A stretch of 64,000 nt of DNA from Octopus sinensis (GCF_006345805.1 NC_043020.1:23498001-23562000), one strand, 5' to 3'; shown: positions 39,190 to 53,420, numbered from the stretch's first letter. Numbers and translations: made by a program. Notes: generated by a model not told the origin, from the letters alone.

Positions 39190-40014
39190 TAGGTAAGTTA
39201 GTTTTGAAGTATGTGTGTATTTTATGTATTTATTCATATGTATATAAATTAAATACATGCAGACATATAATCGTGCTTGTATATGTGTACGTATGTGTAT
39301 GCTCGTATGTTTTTGCATGCTTCCTCTTTTTCTTTGTTTTTTCCTTTATCAAAATATATAAAAAGAATTATATGAGCTTGAAGTCGCTTAATTTCATGAC
39401 ATGGCAGAGAACAAGAGGCGGAAATTCGTGCAACATTTGCAGCAGTGAATGCTGCAGTACATCACGAACAACTAAAATAAGAAAACGAAATACGGTACAA
39501 ACGAACGTAAACGCGTTTTGGTCGAAGATGCTAGTTTTATGTGTAAGGATATAAAATTTCTTTGTGTGAAAAAAATTATTATCGTGTCACCAATAATAGC
39601 TTTACTAAACCAGTGAGAATTGGAATAAAATTTGTGAAAAGAATACAACAGTAACCCTTTTGCTACTAATCCTGCCTTAGACCGCCCTTAGTTCTACAAA
39701 ACAAACTTCCTGTTTAGAAGTAATCTAAATTGAAATTTTTCATCAAAATTCCATATTAACCCATTTTATATCAACCTTCCTTGGACCGCATATGGCTCTA
39801 GCATACAAACCTGTTTTGGAGTGATCTGAATTAAAATCATTCCATCGAATTTTCATATAATACGTTAGATGAGAACCCAGCTAAGACTGGCTTTGGTTCT
39901 ATCATACAAGATTCATGATTTAAAATAATCTAAAAGAAAATCTTTCACCAAAATTTCGTGTTAATTTATGTTCCCAGCACCAGTATATTACGGAAAGAAA
40001 TATACTATTAAATT

Positions 40015-40428
40015 CCTCGCAGGAGTGGCTGTGTGGTATGTAGCTTGCTTACGAACCACATGGTTCCGGGTTCAGTCCCACTGCGTGGCACCTTGGACAA
40101 GTGTCTTCTACTATAGCCTCGGGCCGACCAACACCTTGTGAGTGGATTTGGTAGACGGAAACTGAAAGAAGCCCGTCGTATATATGTATATATATGTATG
40201 TGTATGCGTGTGTATATGTTTGTGTGTCTGTGTTTCTCCACCCACCCCTCCAACATCGCTTGACAACTGATGCTGGTGTGTTTACGTCCCGTCACTTAGA
40301 GGCTTGGCAAAAGAAACGAAAACAATAAGTACAAGGCTTACAAAAAATAAGTCCTGTGGTCGATTTGCTCGACTAAAGGCGGTGCTCCAGCATGGCCACA
40401 GTCAAATGGCTGAAACAAGTAAAAGTGT
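40015..40428 (+). mobile_element. SINE-B, full length
   Basis: cgcaggagtggctgtgtgg...ggcggtgctccagcatggccacagtcaaatggctgaaacaagtaaaag. Confidence 0.9.
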
Positions 40429-41011
40429 AAGTTTTAAAATTAATTGAAATAAATTCAATGTATTTCAACAGTCGCGTTCTCTCCTCTCTCTCTCTCTCTC
40501 TCTCCCTCTGTGTCTCTGTCTGTATCTCTCTCTCTCTCTCTTTCTCTTTCTCTCTTCACTTCGACAGTGAGGGTTCAGGAAGATGCTATATTTGTACCTG
40601 TCGCAACTTTCCTATCCTATGAAGAAAGTGTGATGTTTTTCTTGTGCTGGTGTCTTGGTTTACTGAACAACCCCACTCCCTCTTCCTTCAAACTCGTACG
40701 GGTATAGTGCAACAAGTACCACGAAGCCAGTAGATATCAGAATGTAGGATTTACATGGAATAATATTCTCTTAGATGAGTAGTTAAAAAGCTGACGTTAC
40801 CCTGGAACCGTTGGAGTGCTCTGAATGGCTTTCTTACGGAAGAAATTCTGTGACATGCTAATCAACCCCTTGAAATAACCCCCAGAGATGCTACAAACCC
40901 GGATTGAACAATGGTGATTAAGAGATGGTTTCATAACACTTCAAGTCTCTGGAACTCTCCTTAACAAGTGCCTCGCTGCCGGGTGCAGATTGAAGTGAAA
41001 ATTCAATAATA

Positions 41012-41575
41012 TTGGGTTGTCCGGAAAGTTCGTGCCGATTTTTAAAGGAAAGTAAAAGGTCAATAAATACTTGCCATCACATTTTTAATCAACTAAATAT
41101 GAACCATTTTGTTGCACAATGCGTCTCCATCTTTCCTTTAACTTGAAAATACCCTCTTCCCAGAATTGAGGTGGTTTCATGGCAAAGAATTCATCAAGGT
41201 ATCTTTTATGTCATCTAAGGAATTGAAATTTTTACCATTAAGACTATCTGCAGAGACCTGAATGAGTGTAAATCCGAAGGAGCAATATCTGGTGAATATG
41301 GAGGGTGGGGTAACCCATCCCTGCCGAGCTGCAGCAATTTTTGTCTGGTTCCCAAAGCATCAAGTGCTGAAAATGAACTTTCTTATCTTACATTTTAAAG
41401 GGTTGCAGAATTAACACAGGTTATAGGAACGTAAACCTTCTCCCAAGAAAAGATAGCTTAAACTGTGCTCTAAATGGAGGTGTAGTCAAATCCTCTTTTC
41501 TGGACTCAACGATGTTCTAAAATAAGTCGAAATGTAAGCTACAATAAATCGGCACGAACTTTCCGGACAACCCAA
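41012..41575 (-). mobile_element. Internally deleted mariner element with perfect TIRs and TA target duplication
   Basis: TA|ttgggttgtccggaaagttcgtgccgattt ... aaatcggcacgaactttccggacaacccaa|TA; minus translation PHPPYSPDIAPSD..NGKNFNSLDDIK..WRRIVQQNGSYLVD* with frameshifts. Confidence 0.93.
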
Positions 41576-42231
41576 TAATATGGAGATAAGCTTCAAATAA
41601 AATCACTGTACGAATTTAGCTTGCGCAACTTAGATCTGTATATGACAGAATTAACCTTTGAAAAATATTCGTAAATTAATTTATTACAATTTTAAGTACA
41701 ATTAGAGTGGAGAATAGTAATTTTAAACATGTCCGGTGTCATTATGCTTACAAATTGGTTTTAAAAACATGTTTTACAGATAATTTTATTTTTTTGGTTA
41801 TTGTTCCAAGAATCACTAAATTGTATTAATTAGTGTTACTTGCACGCCATCGATAGAACGAGTTTTAATCAAGTAAACAGTAGTCTTTAATTGTCCTCAT
41901 AAAAGAATCCGAACACATCATTAAATTTTTGAACCATCATAAACAATTATAATGGCCATTATGATTGGCGATGGGAAAATATTTACACTTATACATAAAC
42001 TCACACACATACATATATATATATATGTGTGTGTGAGTGTGTGTGTGTGTGTGTGTAGGTGTGTATGCATGTATATATGTATATAGCCGTGAATGTACTA
42101 TGTAATATATACATATATATTTATATATATATATGTATACATACATATAGATATAATTTTGTATGTATGTATACATCTATCTATACATGTATGTATATTA
42201 TATGTGTGTGTGTATGTGTGTCTATGTATGT

Positions 42232-42262
<31 letters not shown>

Positions 42263-42265
42263 GTA

Positions 42266-42535
42266 CATGGCCTGGTGATTAGAGCAGCGGACTCCCGGTC
42301 GAGGGTTTGCGGGTTCGAATCTCAGACAGGGTTATGTGTGTGTTTATAAGCTACACACATCTCCGGCAGAAGGTAATAGCGAACTTCTGCTGACTCTTTC
42401 ACCACAACTTTCTCTCACTCTTTCCTCCTGCATCTTGCAGCTCACCTGCGACAGACCGGCGTCCCGTCCAGGTGGTGAACCTAGACGCCAAGGAAACCGG
42501 CCCTTATGAGCCAGAGATGGCTCGAGAATGAACAA
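42266..42535 (+). mobile_element. SINE-E (tRNA-like head)
   Basis: tggcctggtgattagagcagcgg..gggttcgaatctc A/B boxes, then a non-tRNA body; related head at 16646. Confidence 0.7.
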
Positions 42536-42585
42536 ATATTATATGTATATATATATGTATATATATATATATATATATAAATATA

Positions 42586-42629
<44 letters not shown>

Positions 42630-42633
42630 ATAT

Positions 42634-42667
<34 letters not shown>

Positions 42668-42696
42668 CATATATATATTATATATATATATATATA

Positions 42697-42729
<33 letters not shown>

Positions 42730-43146
42730 TATGAATGTATGCGTGTATGTATCTTCTTTTATCTTTTACTTGTTTCTTTTACATGTGATTAGACAGCAAC
42801 CATACTCAGCGCCACCAAGAATAATTAGTTGAATAAATTCACTTCAATACTATTTTTTAACCAGATAATTACGGTATCGGTCCCTTACGCTGAACACCCG
42901 TTGTCCAGCGTTAGTCGGGAACAAACATAAAAATCACACACACACACAGATACATACATAGATTTATAGACGCATATAAATATACAATGGACTTTTTTCA
43001 GTTTCCATTTACCAAATACACTCATAAGGCTTTGGTCGGCACGAGGCTACTGTTGCCTATGTTTCTACACAGTGGGACTGAACTCGGAACAATATGGATG
43101 AGAAGCAAGCTTCTAACCTCACAGTGACGCCTGTGCCTACTGTGTC

Positions 43147-43185
<39 letters not shown>

Positions 43186-43481
43186 CTGTGTGTGTGTGTG
43201 TGTGCGTGTGTGTGTGTGTATGTGTGTGTGTGTGTGTGTGTGAGTGTAGGTGTGTGTGTGTATGCGTGTGTGAGTGTCTGTGTGTGTGTATTTGTCTTTG
43301 TGTCTGTGTTTGTCTAGTCATCGCTTGACAACTGCTCCTGCCTGCGGTTCGGCAAAATAGATCAACAGAGAAAGTTCTAGGGTTTAAGATGGATTCGTTT
43401 TAGTAAATCACCTTTCGATGTGGTGATCCAGCTTCTCAGCAGGCAAACGGCTGAATCAAGGATAGAAGAATATATATCTAA

Positions 43482-43526
<45 letters not shown>

Positions 43527-43527
43527 G

Positions 43528-43558
<31 letters not shown>

Positions 43559-43683
43559 TGTATGTGTATACATATATGTATATGTATATCTCTATATATG
43601 TAAATATATGCATATATACTGGCATTTATATATTATATACATACATATATATGTATATATATATTTATATTATATATATATAC

Positions 43684-43745
<62 letters not shown>

Positions 43746-43814
43746 CTATACATATAATACATATATATATACAGATATTAAATATATATATATATATATA
43801 TATATATCTGTGTA

Positions 43815-43860
<46 letters not shown>

Positions 43861-43953
43861 TATATGTATAGATATATATATATGTGTATATAAATATATA
43901 ATATATACATATATATACATATATATGTATGTATATAAATATGTAAATGCCAG

Positions 43954-43996
<43 letters not shown>

Positions 43997-44089
43997 GTAT
44001 ATATATGTGTGTGTATTTATATACATATATATGTGTGTACATATATATATATACATATTTTTACATATATACATATAATATATATATTA

Positions 44090-44127
<38 letters not shown>

Positions 44128-44496
44128 GCATATACGTATGTATATGAATGAATATATATACAAACACTAGGTAAGCAACCTGTTGTATCCAACAAAATAT
44201 TCATGAATAATTATAAAAAGCATGCGTATATTTTCCCGAGATTCATAAAATAGATGACGTAAATGACGTTGTGCTGTAGCTTAAATTTTGTTAGCAACCA
44301 TAAATATTTCATATAAAAGTTTAGGAAAGTTAGAAGATAAAATAATCACAAATAACTAGCATGAGGTGTATTTGTAGAGTGACGCAGTAGGCAAGCTATC
44401 AACGATCTTCCATTTGCGACACGCATGTTCAATAAACAATATAATCACAGCGAGCAAATTCCGGAGACTTCTAGAAAATCTCGTGTCAATGTGAAC

Positions 44497-44538
<42 letters not shown>

Positions 44539-44777
44539 TTATATATAATATATATATATAAATCCATACATACATATGTTCATATATATAAATACACATA
44601 TGTATCTTACGTATTATATTATATATATAATATATATTATATATATATCTATATATATTATATATATATATATATATATAGATATATATGTACGTATATA
44701 TACATGCATGTATGTATATATATGTATATATATATTATACATCATACATACATACATACATACCTACATATATATAT

Positions 44778-44827
<50 letters not shown>

Positions 44828-44890
44828 TATAAATATATATATATATGTCTGTATATTTACATACATATATATATAGATATATAATATATT

Positions 44891-46781
44891 AAATCCTTAA
44901 AAATTTTAGCCCGGAGGCCGCGGCCATGCTGGGGCACCACCGCTGAATGAGCTACACTAATTTGTGAATCCACCTCTGAGACGTGGCACTTGATCAAAAG
45001 GGAGTTCGATGCTGCTGCTCGCACCGCGTCTCCTGTCGTGAGGTAGGTTCATCTGGGACTCCCGACAAGAAGAGATCCAGTTAGTTTTAAAGAAACCCAC
45101 ATCCACACCATGTAAGTCTCTCAGGCATTTAGGGAAGATGTTAAAGAGCTGTGGTCCTCTGAAACCCAAGCTGTTGCAGTATCTGGACCTGTATTTTGAT
45201 GGTGATGTTGGAATCTGCAGTGGCGCCCCGTTCTGCGGTTGGGGTAACTTTGAATGCCAAAGTTTGGGACAAGACCCTCCAGGATTTTCCAGATGTATAT
45301 CACCGCATATCTCTCCCGCCTCCGCTCTAGGGAGAAGAGGTTTAATACCTTCAGTCTTTCCCAGTAGCTGATATTTTGCATTGAGACGATTTTCTTTGTG
45401 TAGCTTCTCTGAATTGCTTCGAGTTCTGCTGTTAGTTTTATATTGTGTGGTGACCTGAGGACGAATGTTTTCGATAGGACCATCCGTGTCTCCTTCTCTC
45501 TTGTTCTGAAAGTTCGGAGAATCCATCCAGCTAGCCGTCTGCATTTTATCACCAGATTAGCAATATGCACTTGGAAAGATGCATCATTGCTCATGTCAAT
45601 GCCCAGGTCACGCACTGATTTTGACTCAGGGATTGCAACTTCTTTCCGGGCCAGTGTATCCAGTCTGCCGTCTTTACCATTGTGGCTGGAACTCCCTGCA
45701 TTAAACTGCATGTTGTTTGTCGTCCTCAGCCCACCTGTATATTGTGTCCAGCTCCTGTTGCAGATGCGCAATATTTTCAGGGTTTTGTATGCGTGGGAGA
45801 CTTTTGTGTCATCTGCATAGCTAGCAAGGGTGGTCATCGTAGCAACTGAAGGCATGTTTGAAAGGGCACTATGAACACAGTGGCCCCAAGACAGTGCCCT
45901 GTGGGACACCGCTTGTTATTTGCGTTTCCTTGGAGGTGGCTCCATTGCTCACAACTGCCTGTTTTCTGTCTTTTAGGAAGTTGTGCAGCCACTCTCCAAG
46001 TTTTCCGCCTATGCCGAGACCACGCAGTTTGTGACAGATCATACCATGGTCGACCTTATCAAAGGCTTTTGCAAAGTCGAGATATATTGTGTCCAGCTCC
46101 TGTTGCAGATGCGCAATATTTTCAGGGTTTTGTATTGCGTGGGAGACTTTTGTGTCATCTGCATAGCTAGCAAGGGTGGTCATCGTAGCAACTGAAGGCA
46201 TGTTTGAAAGGGCCACTATGAACATCAGTGGCCCCAAGACAGTGCCCTGTGGGACACCGCTTGTTATTTGCGTTTCCTTGGAGGTGGCTCCATTGCTCAC
46301 AACTGCCTGTTTTCTGTCTTTTAGGAAGTTGTGCAGCCACTCTCCAAGTTTTCCGCCTATGCCGAGACCACGCAGTTTGTGACAGATCATACCATGGTCG
46401 ACCTTATCGAAGGCTTTTTCAAAGTCGAGATATATTACATCCACATTTTGAGCCATTTAGTTGCTGTTTCAACACCCAGTCATAGTGTTGCAAGAGCTGT
46501 GTTAGGCAGCCTCTACCTGGTCGAAATCCATGCTGGGTGTCAGACAACAAGTCATTTTCTTCAAGGAACATGATTAGTTTCTTACGGACTATTCGTTCCA
46601 TGACTTTGCTGATGTGTGAGGTCAGAGAGATAGGCCTATAATTTTTAGCATCTGCTCTGCTACCTCCCTTATGTATAGGGAATATTACCCCCTCTTTCAA
46701 TTTGACTGGGAGCTTACCACTTGCAAGAAAGCTCTGAAAAAGAAGCTGTAGCGGTTTTGCAAGGGCTCGTTTGCACGATTT
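44891..46781 (-). mobile_element. CR1-like LINE (RT plus 3' end), cut by the assembly gap
   Basis: NYRPISLTSHISKVMERI, QHGFRPGRGCLTQL, YLDFEKAFDKVDH, GVPQGTVLGP, YADDTK, LELEAIQRSYTK-type tail; frameshifts present. Confidence 0.93.
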
Positions 46782-46881
46782 NNNNNNNNNNNNNNNNNNN
46801 NNNNNNNNNNNNNNNNNNNNNNNNNNNNNNNNNNNNNNNNNNNNNNNNNNNNNNNNNNNNNNNNNNNNNNNNNNNNNNNNN
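46782..46881. other. Assembly gap (100 N)
   Basis: Run of exactly 100 n. Confidence 1.
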
Positions 46882-49800
46882 CGAGCGGTACGTACATTAA
46901 ACCTACAACAAAAAATGTGCGAAAAACTACCGTGCGAAATAACGTGACAACAGAAATAAACGGACCGGTACCCTACGAAAATGACGACCGTCAAAATAAT
47001 GGGCCGGACGTTGTACCTCATGTCCCGCAATTAAAACCCAAAAGACGTAAATGGACACGTGAGGAATACATTTCTATCTTACACGCATACTTCACAGCAA
47101 TGCTCTACCCACAAAATGAAAATACATAAAACACAACACAACCTAAAATATGGAAGGAAAATAATAGAGATATAGACTTGGATACAGCAATGAACCCTAA
47201 TAATTAGCTAACGTACGAAGATACATTCTCAAAGCCAAAAAAATATCAGAAATAGAAAATAGAACATTTAAAAGAATAATACACCAGGAAAATGTAGATA
47301 GAAGCCACACAACAATGCCCAATAATATAAACACTGAAACTGTAAACACGAAGACCAACGCAACATTCCCAACAAACACGATGTAAACAACGAAGGGGAG
47401 CCTAATGATTATGATAATAAAAAAATAAAATAATCAAAGAACTGAAAACCACAGAGCCCAAATGGACCACCGACCATAACCTCCCAAGAATAAAAATAAA
47501 CGCAATAACAACACCAATTATAAACAACATAAACCTAGCCGTCACTGAACTAGCCACTGAAACAAAAAAAGTGATATCACTGAACTAAATGACTTGATAT
47601 ACGCAGCAGCCACTGCAGCCACAAAAGAAGCTGGATACTCACCCAAACCCGCCCAACAGGAGTACCACCACCCAACAAACCCTGTGGATAAATAACATCC
47701 AAAACAGAATTTAAAAATTAGAAAAGACCTGTCAATTCTTAATGAAATCAGCAAACAATCAACGCTACTAAGCAACAAAAAGAGAACAAAAATGCTCCGC
47801 AAATATACATCACAGAAAAAGATTTGCCGGAGATAAAAAAAAAACTGAAGCAAGATATCCTTGCCAAAGCTCAAAGGATCCGCCGGTACGAGAAACGCAA
47901 CGTTTCTTTTTGAACAGAACAAAAAGTTCAACTCCGACCCCAAAAAGTTCTACCAAGAACTGGGCAAAAATAAAATAGAAGTCACTGCAGCACCAACGGC
48001 AGAAGAATTGGAAGAATTCTGGAGAGAAATATGGTCGGCGAACGAACAGCCAAAACAAAGGAGTATGAAAATAAAAAACTCGGCATCTGAACAACTTTGG
48101 ACCCCCATAACAACTGAAGAGGTCACCAGGCACTCACTGCAAAAACTAAGCAACTAGAAGGCACCTGGGCATGACAAGATCCCCAACTTCTGGTTGAAAT
48201 ATCTAACAGGAATGCACAAAAAGCTGGCTGAAAACTTTAACAGCATACTAGCAGAGCCAGAGACAATGCTGCTGAATGGCTCACGAAGGGGAAAACCATC
48301 TTAATTCCCAAATCAAATGAAACAACAAAACCAGAAAACTACAGACAATAACCTGCCTCCCTACTATGTTCAAGGCATTTACTGCAGTGATATCGCAAAG
48401 GCTGAAAAGCACCTGGACGAAAAAAAAACTTCCAGAAGAGCAGAAAGGATGCCGCAAGGGGCTCATATGGCTGTAAAGATCAACTAATGATTAATAAAGC
48501 CGTAACTGAAGACAGCCACAGAAAGAAGAAAGGCCTCAGTATGCCTGGATTGACTACAAAAAGGCGTTTGATAGCATCCCCCACACATGGATCCTCGAAA
48601 CACTAGCCATTAACAAAGTAGGACCAACAATCATAAAATTCATAGAGCACTCTATGAATAAATGGCAAACAAAAGAGGGACTCATGAAAACCAAAGACAT
48701 CCCCATTAGAAGAGGAATATTCCAGGGAGACACGCTCTCTCCACTCCTTTTCTGCTTGGCACTGTCACTTCTATCTGATATGCTAAATAGAACTGGATGC
48801 GGATATAAATGTTACGGCAAAACGATCAGCCACCTTTTATATATGGATGATCTAAAACTATACGCTGCAAATGACAAACAGCTGGAAACACTATTAAAGA
48901 CAGTTCATGGATTTACCAAGAATAGATATGAAATTTGGATTAGAAAAATGCGCCAAAGTAACCATGAAAAGAGGAAAACTAGTTAAGAGTAACAACATCA
49001 CACTATATAAAACCAATGAAATAAAGAATTAGACCAAAGCCAAACTTACAAATACTTAGGAATCCATGAACTAGATAAGACACAACACACACAAATGAAA
49101 GAGAAAATAAAAAAGAATATTATAGACGAGTTAGATCAATACTAAAAACAGAGCTCAATGCTAAAAACAAGATAATAGGTATCAACACTTTAGCTGTCCC
49201 AGTTATAAGTTACAACTACAATATCCTTAACTGGACACGAAATGAACTGTCCAAAATAGATAGGAAAACAAGAAAAATACTGACAGGATCTAGGATGCAT
49301 CACCCAAAATCTGACATAGAAAGACTATCTATACAACGTATAGAAGGTGGTAGAGGCTTATACAGCTGGAAAACTACTATAAAATAACCACCATAGGACT
49401 GCAAAAATACCTACTTCAGAAGGAAGGAAAACTGATCCAGATAGCAGCAAAACACGAGCAAAACAAAAAACTGTTCACAGTATTTAAGGAAGCTGACAAA
49501 TACAAACAAGAATCATACCACCTAATAACACACAAAGAGAGAAGAAGAAGATGATGAAAGAAGAAACAACAAAAGCTATAAAACAAATGAATGAATCAAA
49601 ACTAAAAATAGAACAGCAACGAAACATGATTAAACGATGGCAAGAAAAGCCCCTTCATGGTAAATACTGCACTAAACTAAACGCCAAAGAAATAGACAAA
49701 GAAAAATCCCAGCAATGGTTGAGAAGCTCAGGACTCAAAGCAGAAACAGAGGGATTTTTAATTGCAGCACAAGACCAAAGCCTCCCCACCAGAAATTACC

Positions 49801-50506
49801 AATAACATGTAATGAAAAGAAATATTACAAGTAACTGCAGAATATGTGGAGATGGACAAGAAGAAACAATAAATCATATTATCTCTAGCTGCCCAGTCCT
49901 GGCTAAGAAGGAATATATTCACAGACTTGACAGAGTTGGAACCTACATACATTGGAAGCTATGCCAACATTATGGAATAACAACAGAAAAAAGATGGTAT
50001 AGGCACACACCAGAAAAGGTCACAGAAAACGAGAAAGCAACCATACTCTGGGATATGCCGATACACACAGATAGAGAAATTAAGGCCAACAGACCAGATA
50101 TAGTTGTCAGAGATCATGAAGAAAAAAAATGCTTTCTAATTGATGTATCAATACCGGCAGATGACAACGTGTCTCTAAAAGAAATGGAGAAAACTCTCAA
50201 AATACAAAGACCTGGAAATAGAGATAACTAGAATGTGGAACCTGAAAAACAGAAACAATTCCTATCATAGTAGGTGCATTAGGCATGATAAAAAAATATT
50301 CAGACAAATACATAACAAAACACCAGGACTTACAAACACATATAACATACAGAAAATTGCACTACTAGGCACTGCACACATCCTACGCAGAACACTTTCC
50401 ATACAATAACCATCAGAGCATCACAACAAATCACAGCACATACTCAAGGCACACAGAGCTGCGCTCGGTAGTGAAGTGAAAGCACGCTATAAAAATAAAA
50501 CTACTG
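46882..50506 (+). mobile_element. Near full-length R4/Dong-like non-LTR retrotransposon (Myb-like N-terminus, RT, CCHC, restriction-like endonuclease), heavily frameshifted
   Basis: RRKWTREEYISILHAY; RRGIFQGDTLSPLLF; LYMDDLKLYA; CRICGDGQEETINHIISSC; NRPDIVV..CFLIDVSIP; ends ataaaactactg followed by (AAT)n. Confidence 0.92.
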
Positions 50507-50716
50507 AATAATAATAATAATAATAATAATAATTATAGTTTCAAATTTTGCAACAGGAAACTGATACTTTTTTACCGACCAAAAAAGGATAAGCGGCGAA
50601 GTCGACCTCGGGTGGAATTTGAACTCAGAATGTAGTGGCGGACGAAATTGCGCTAAGCATTTCGACCGGCGTGCTGAAGATTCTGCCAGCTCGTGGCTTT
50701 GATAACAATAACTATG

Positions 50717-50777
<61 letters not shown>

Positions 50778-51195
50778 TTGTTGTAAAGCGTTAACTCTGC
50801 AATAAAGAGACACATGAAGAATATCACAGTTATCATTTTGCTCCATTTATCTACCGTATATTTTTAATTTGGTTTCGTTAATCTGTAAGTGTCTAAAATA
50901 GAGCGAAGACTAGTTTATTTCACCTTAGCTATTGTGAATATATGAAATAAATCGATAGTAATTTGCACATGAAATAATATGATGTATTTTAAACATGAGC
51001 AAAACGTTTTAAGAAATTTAATCTCTCCTTTCTTTCACATCCATTTACGTTGATGAATGCATTGAATTCGAAACAATGGTCAAATAATTCATAAGATGAG
51101 AGTCTACTTAGGAAAAACCTAGCGTACTGTTGAAGTCTTTTTATCTGCATGTGTGTTTTATACAGAATGCTTTCACCTGTCTACCCGACTCCACA

Positions 51196-51235
<40 letters not shown>

Positions 51236-51520
51236 CTCTCTCCCTCTCTCTCTCTGCTGCGCGCACATACACACACACACACGTGTGTGTGAGTGTGTGT
51301 ATTTTACTATTCTGTTAAAAGAAGCTCAAGAAATACATACTCCATCTAGTGAAAAAAATTAATGGTATACATTAAATAGTATATATATATAGATATATAT
51401 ATATGTGTGTGTGTGTGTATGTATATATATATATATGTGTGTATTATATATATATACAGATATATATTATATATCTGTACGTATATATATGTAATATATC
51501 TATGTATATATATGTATCTA

Positions 51521-51601
<81 letters not shown>

Positions 51602-51688
51602 GTATATATATATATATATATAATATATATATATATACATATATATACACATATATATATACATACTATATATATATATATATATATC

Positions 51689-51732
<44 letters not shown>

Positions 51733-51880
51733 ATATATATACAGGTGTGTGTCTGTGTTTGTATTTGAGTGTGAATCTATGCATATTTGTAAAGAGAAAT
51801 GCACAGAGTGAGTGAGAAAGGCAGAAACAGAGAAAACCGGTGGGAAAAAGATGGAGAGAGAGTGGCGGATTGAGGTACAG

Positions 51881-51950
<70 letters not shown>

Positions 51951-52539
51951 GGAGAGAGTGAGAGATGGATTCATACATTAATATACATTAATATGTGTAT
52001 AACTATTTATTTAGTTGTATGAGTGCATATAAGACTATGGATGCATACATCTTTATATTTATACACACGTCTTCAAATATATGTGTATAAATGTATGTCC
52101 ATATGAATGTACTTATGTTTTGTGTGTACGTGTATACAATTGGTTGATGCATATAGGAATATATAGGTCGATACGTTTATATATATATATATATATTATA
52201 TATATACACTATCTCCGTCTTTCCTTTGGTGTTCGCATCCTAGATACTTCTTGCTTACTACTCTTCGTACTGATTTTGTTTCTTTTTATTGTATAGCCCC
52301 AGGTCGTCCATCCTGATCAAACAAACCTCCTAATTAAAGACATTTCGCTTGGATCCATTCTGCCTCGTCATTTCGGATAATGTGTATGCATGAGCAAAGT
52401 TTACAATGCATATTCGTTCATTGAAGGCCGCAGATTGTGCCTGGGAGGCTATTTAGCTGTTATATTTAGTATCGTAGTTCGAGGTACCTACATAAGGTAC
52501 CTTCCATCTTTTTCTCCACCTAATTGAAAGAACTAGATA

Positions 52540-52790
52540 ATGATCTTTTTTCCTATTTCATTCCTTCTCCCTCTCTCTTTTCCCCCTTTCTTCCTCTCTC
52601 TCTTTCCGTCTCTCGCCGTCTATCTTCCCTCTCTCCGTCTCTCATTCTCTTCTCTCCTCTGTCTTTCCCTTTCTCTACCTTCTCTTTTCATCTCTCCCCC
52701 TCTCTTTCTCTCTCTCTCTCTCTCTTCCCCTCTTTCCACTCTCTTTTTCCTTCTTACCTTCTCTTTCCTTTTTCTCTCTGTCAAAGTGTG
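52540..52790. repeat. Polypyrimidine (CT-rich) low-complexity tract
   Basis: Directly visible. Confidence 0.85.
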
Positions 52791-53420
52791 TCTATTTCTG
52801 CATCTCTATGTGTTTGTGCGCGTGTGTGTGTTGCGCCCTTGTCTCCAATACCGAACCGTACTTTCACCACATCAGGTTCAATTTCCAATCAGCCGTGCCA
52901 AAACCTCAATATCGAAACAGCCCTAACCAATCGTTTCGTTCAGAATAGAATTGTAAGAAAGAAATTTTTTTCTTGATATCAAGTATTCTGACGGAAAACG
53001 TCCGTGAAAATTTGAAGGTTATTCATGCGCTCATTTTTTTCCTCTATGGCTGTAACCCATACCAACTGAAGAAAGTCGTGATCACAAAGGACCCCCACAG
53101 CAAAAACTGGACTCGGCACTATCCCTCATCTCCAAAGAGACACAATACTGGATTCAGAAAAACGTTCCATCGTTCATAGGCAAGGTTGTATGACCCTCAA
53201 CAAACCATGTGTATTATCAAAGACCACGAATTTGTGACTGAAAATCAAGGTGACACTAGCAACACCTTAAAACTAAAAGCTTGATACATAAGCGGATTTA
53301 GCCTTCGAGGTCATCAATGTCTCAACATACAACACCAGAATATGTCATAAAGGGTATGATACATCCCACAAAGTCGTAGTAGTGAAAAGGAAGGTGAGAC
53401 CAGCTGCGCTCCAAAACTAA

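Larger units (their letters stand above)
29269..39374 (+). repeat. Tandem triplication of a ~2-kb unit
   Basis: Units start at 29269, 35111 and 37436 with (g/a)attatatggcagaattaacg; the array ends at gaattatatg 39365-39374; copy 1 is expanded by Tx1 sequence. Confidence 0.88.

Noticed and set aside
46700-47030. ORF 46419-47030 joining sequence across the N run, and apparent head-to-head CR1/Dong adjacency
   Set aside because: It spans a 100-N gap of unknown true size, so the adjacency is not established
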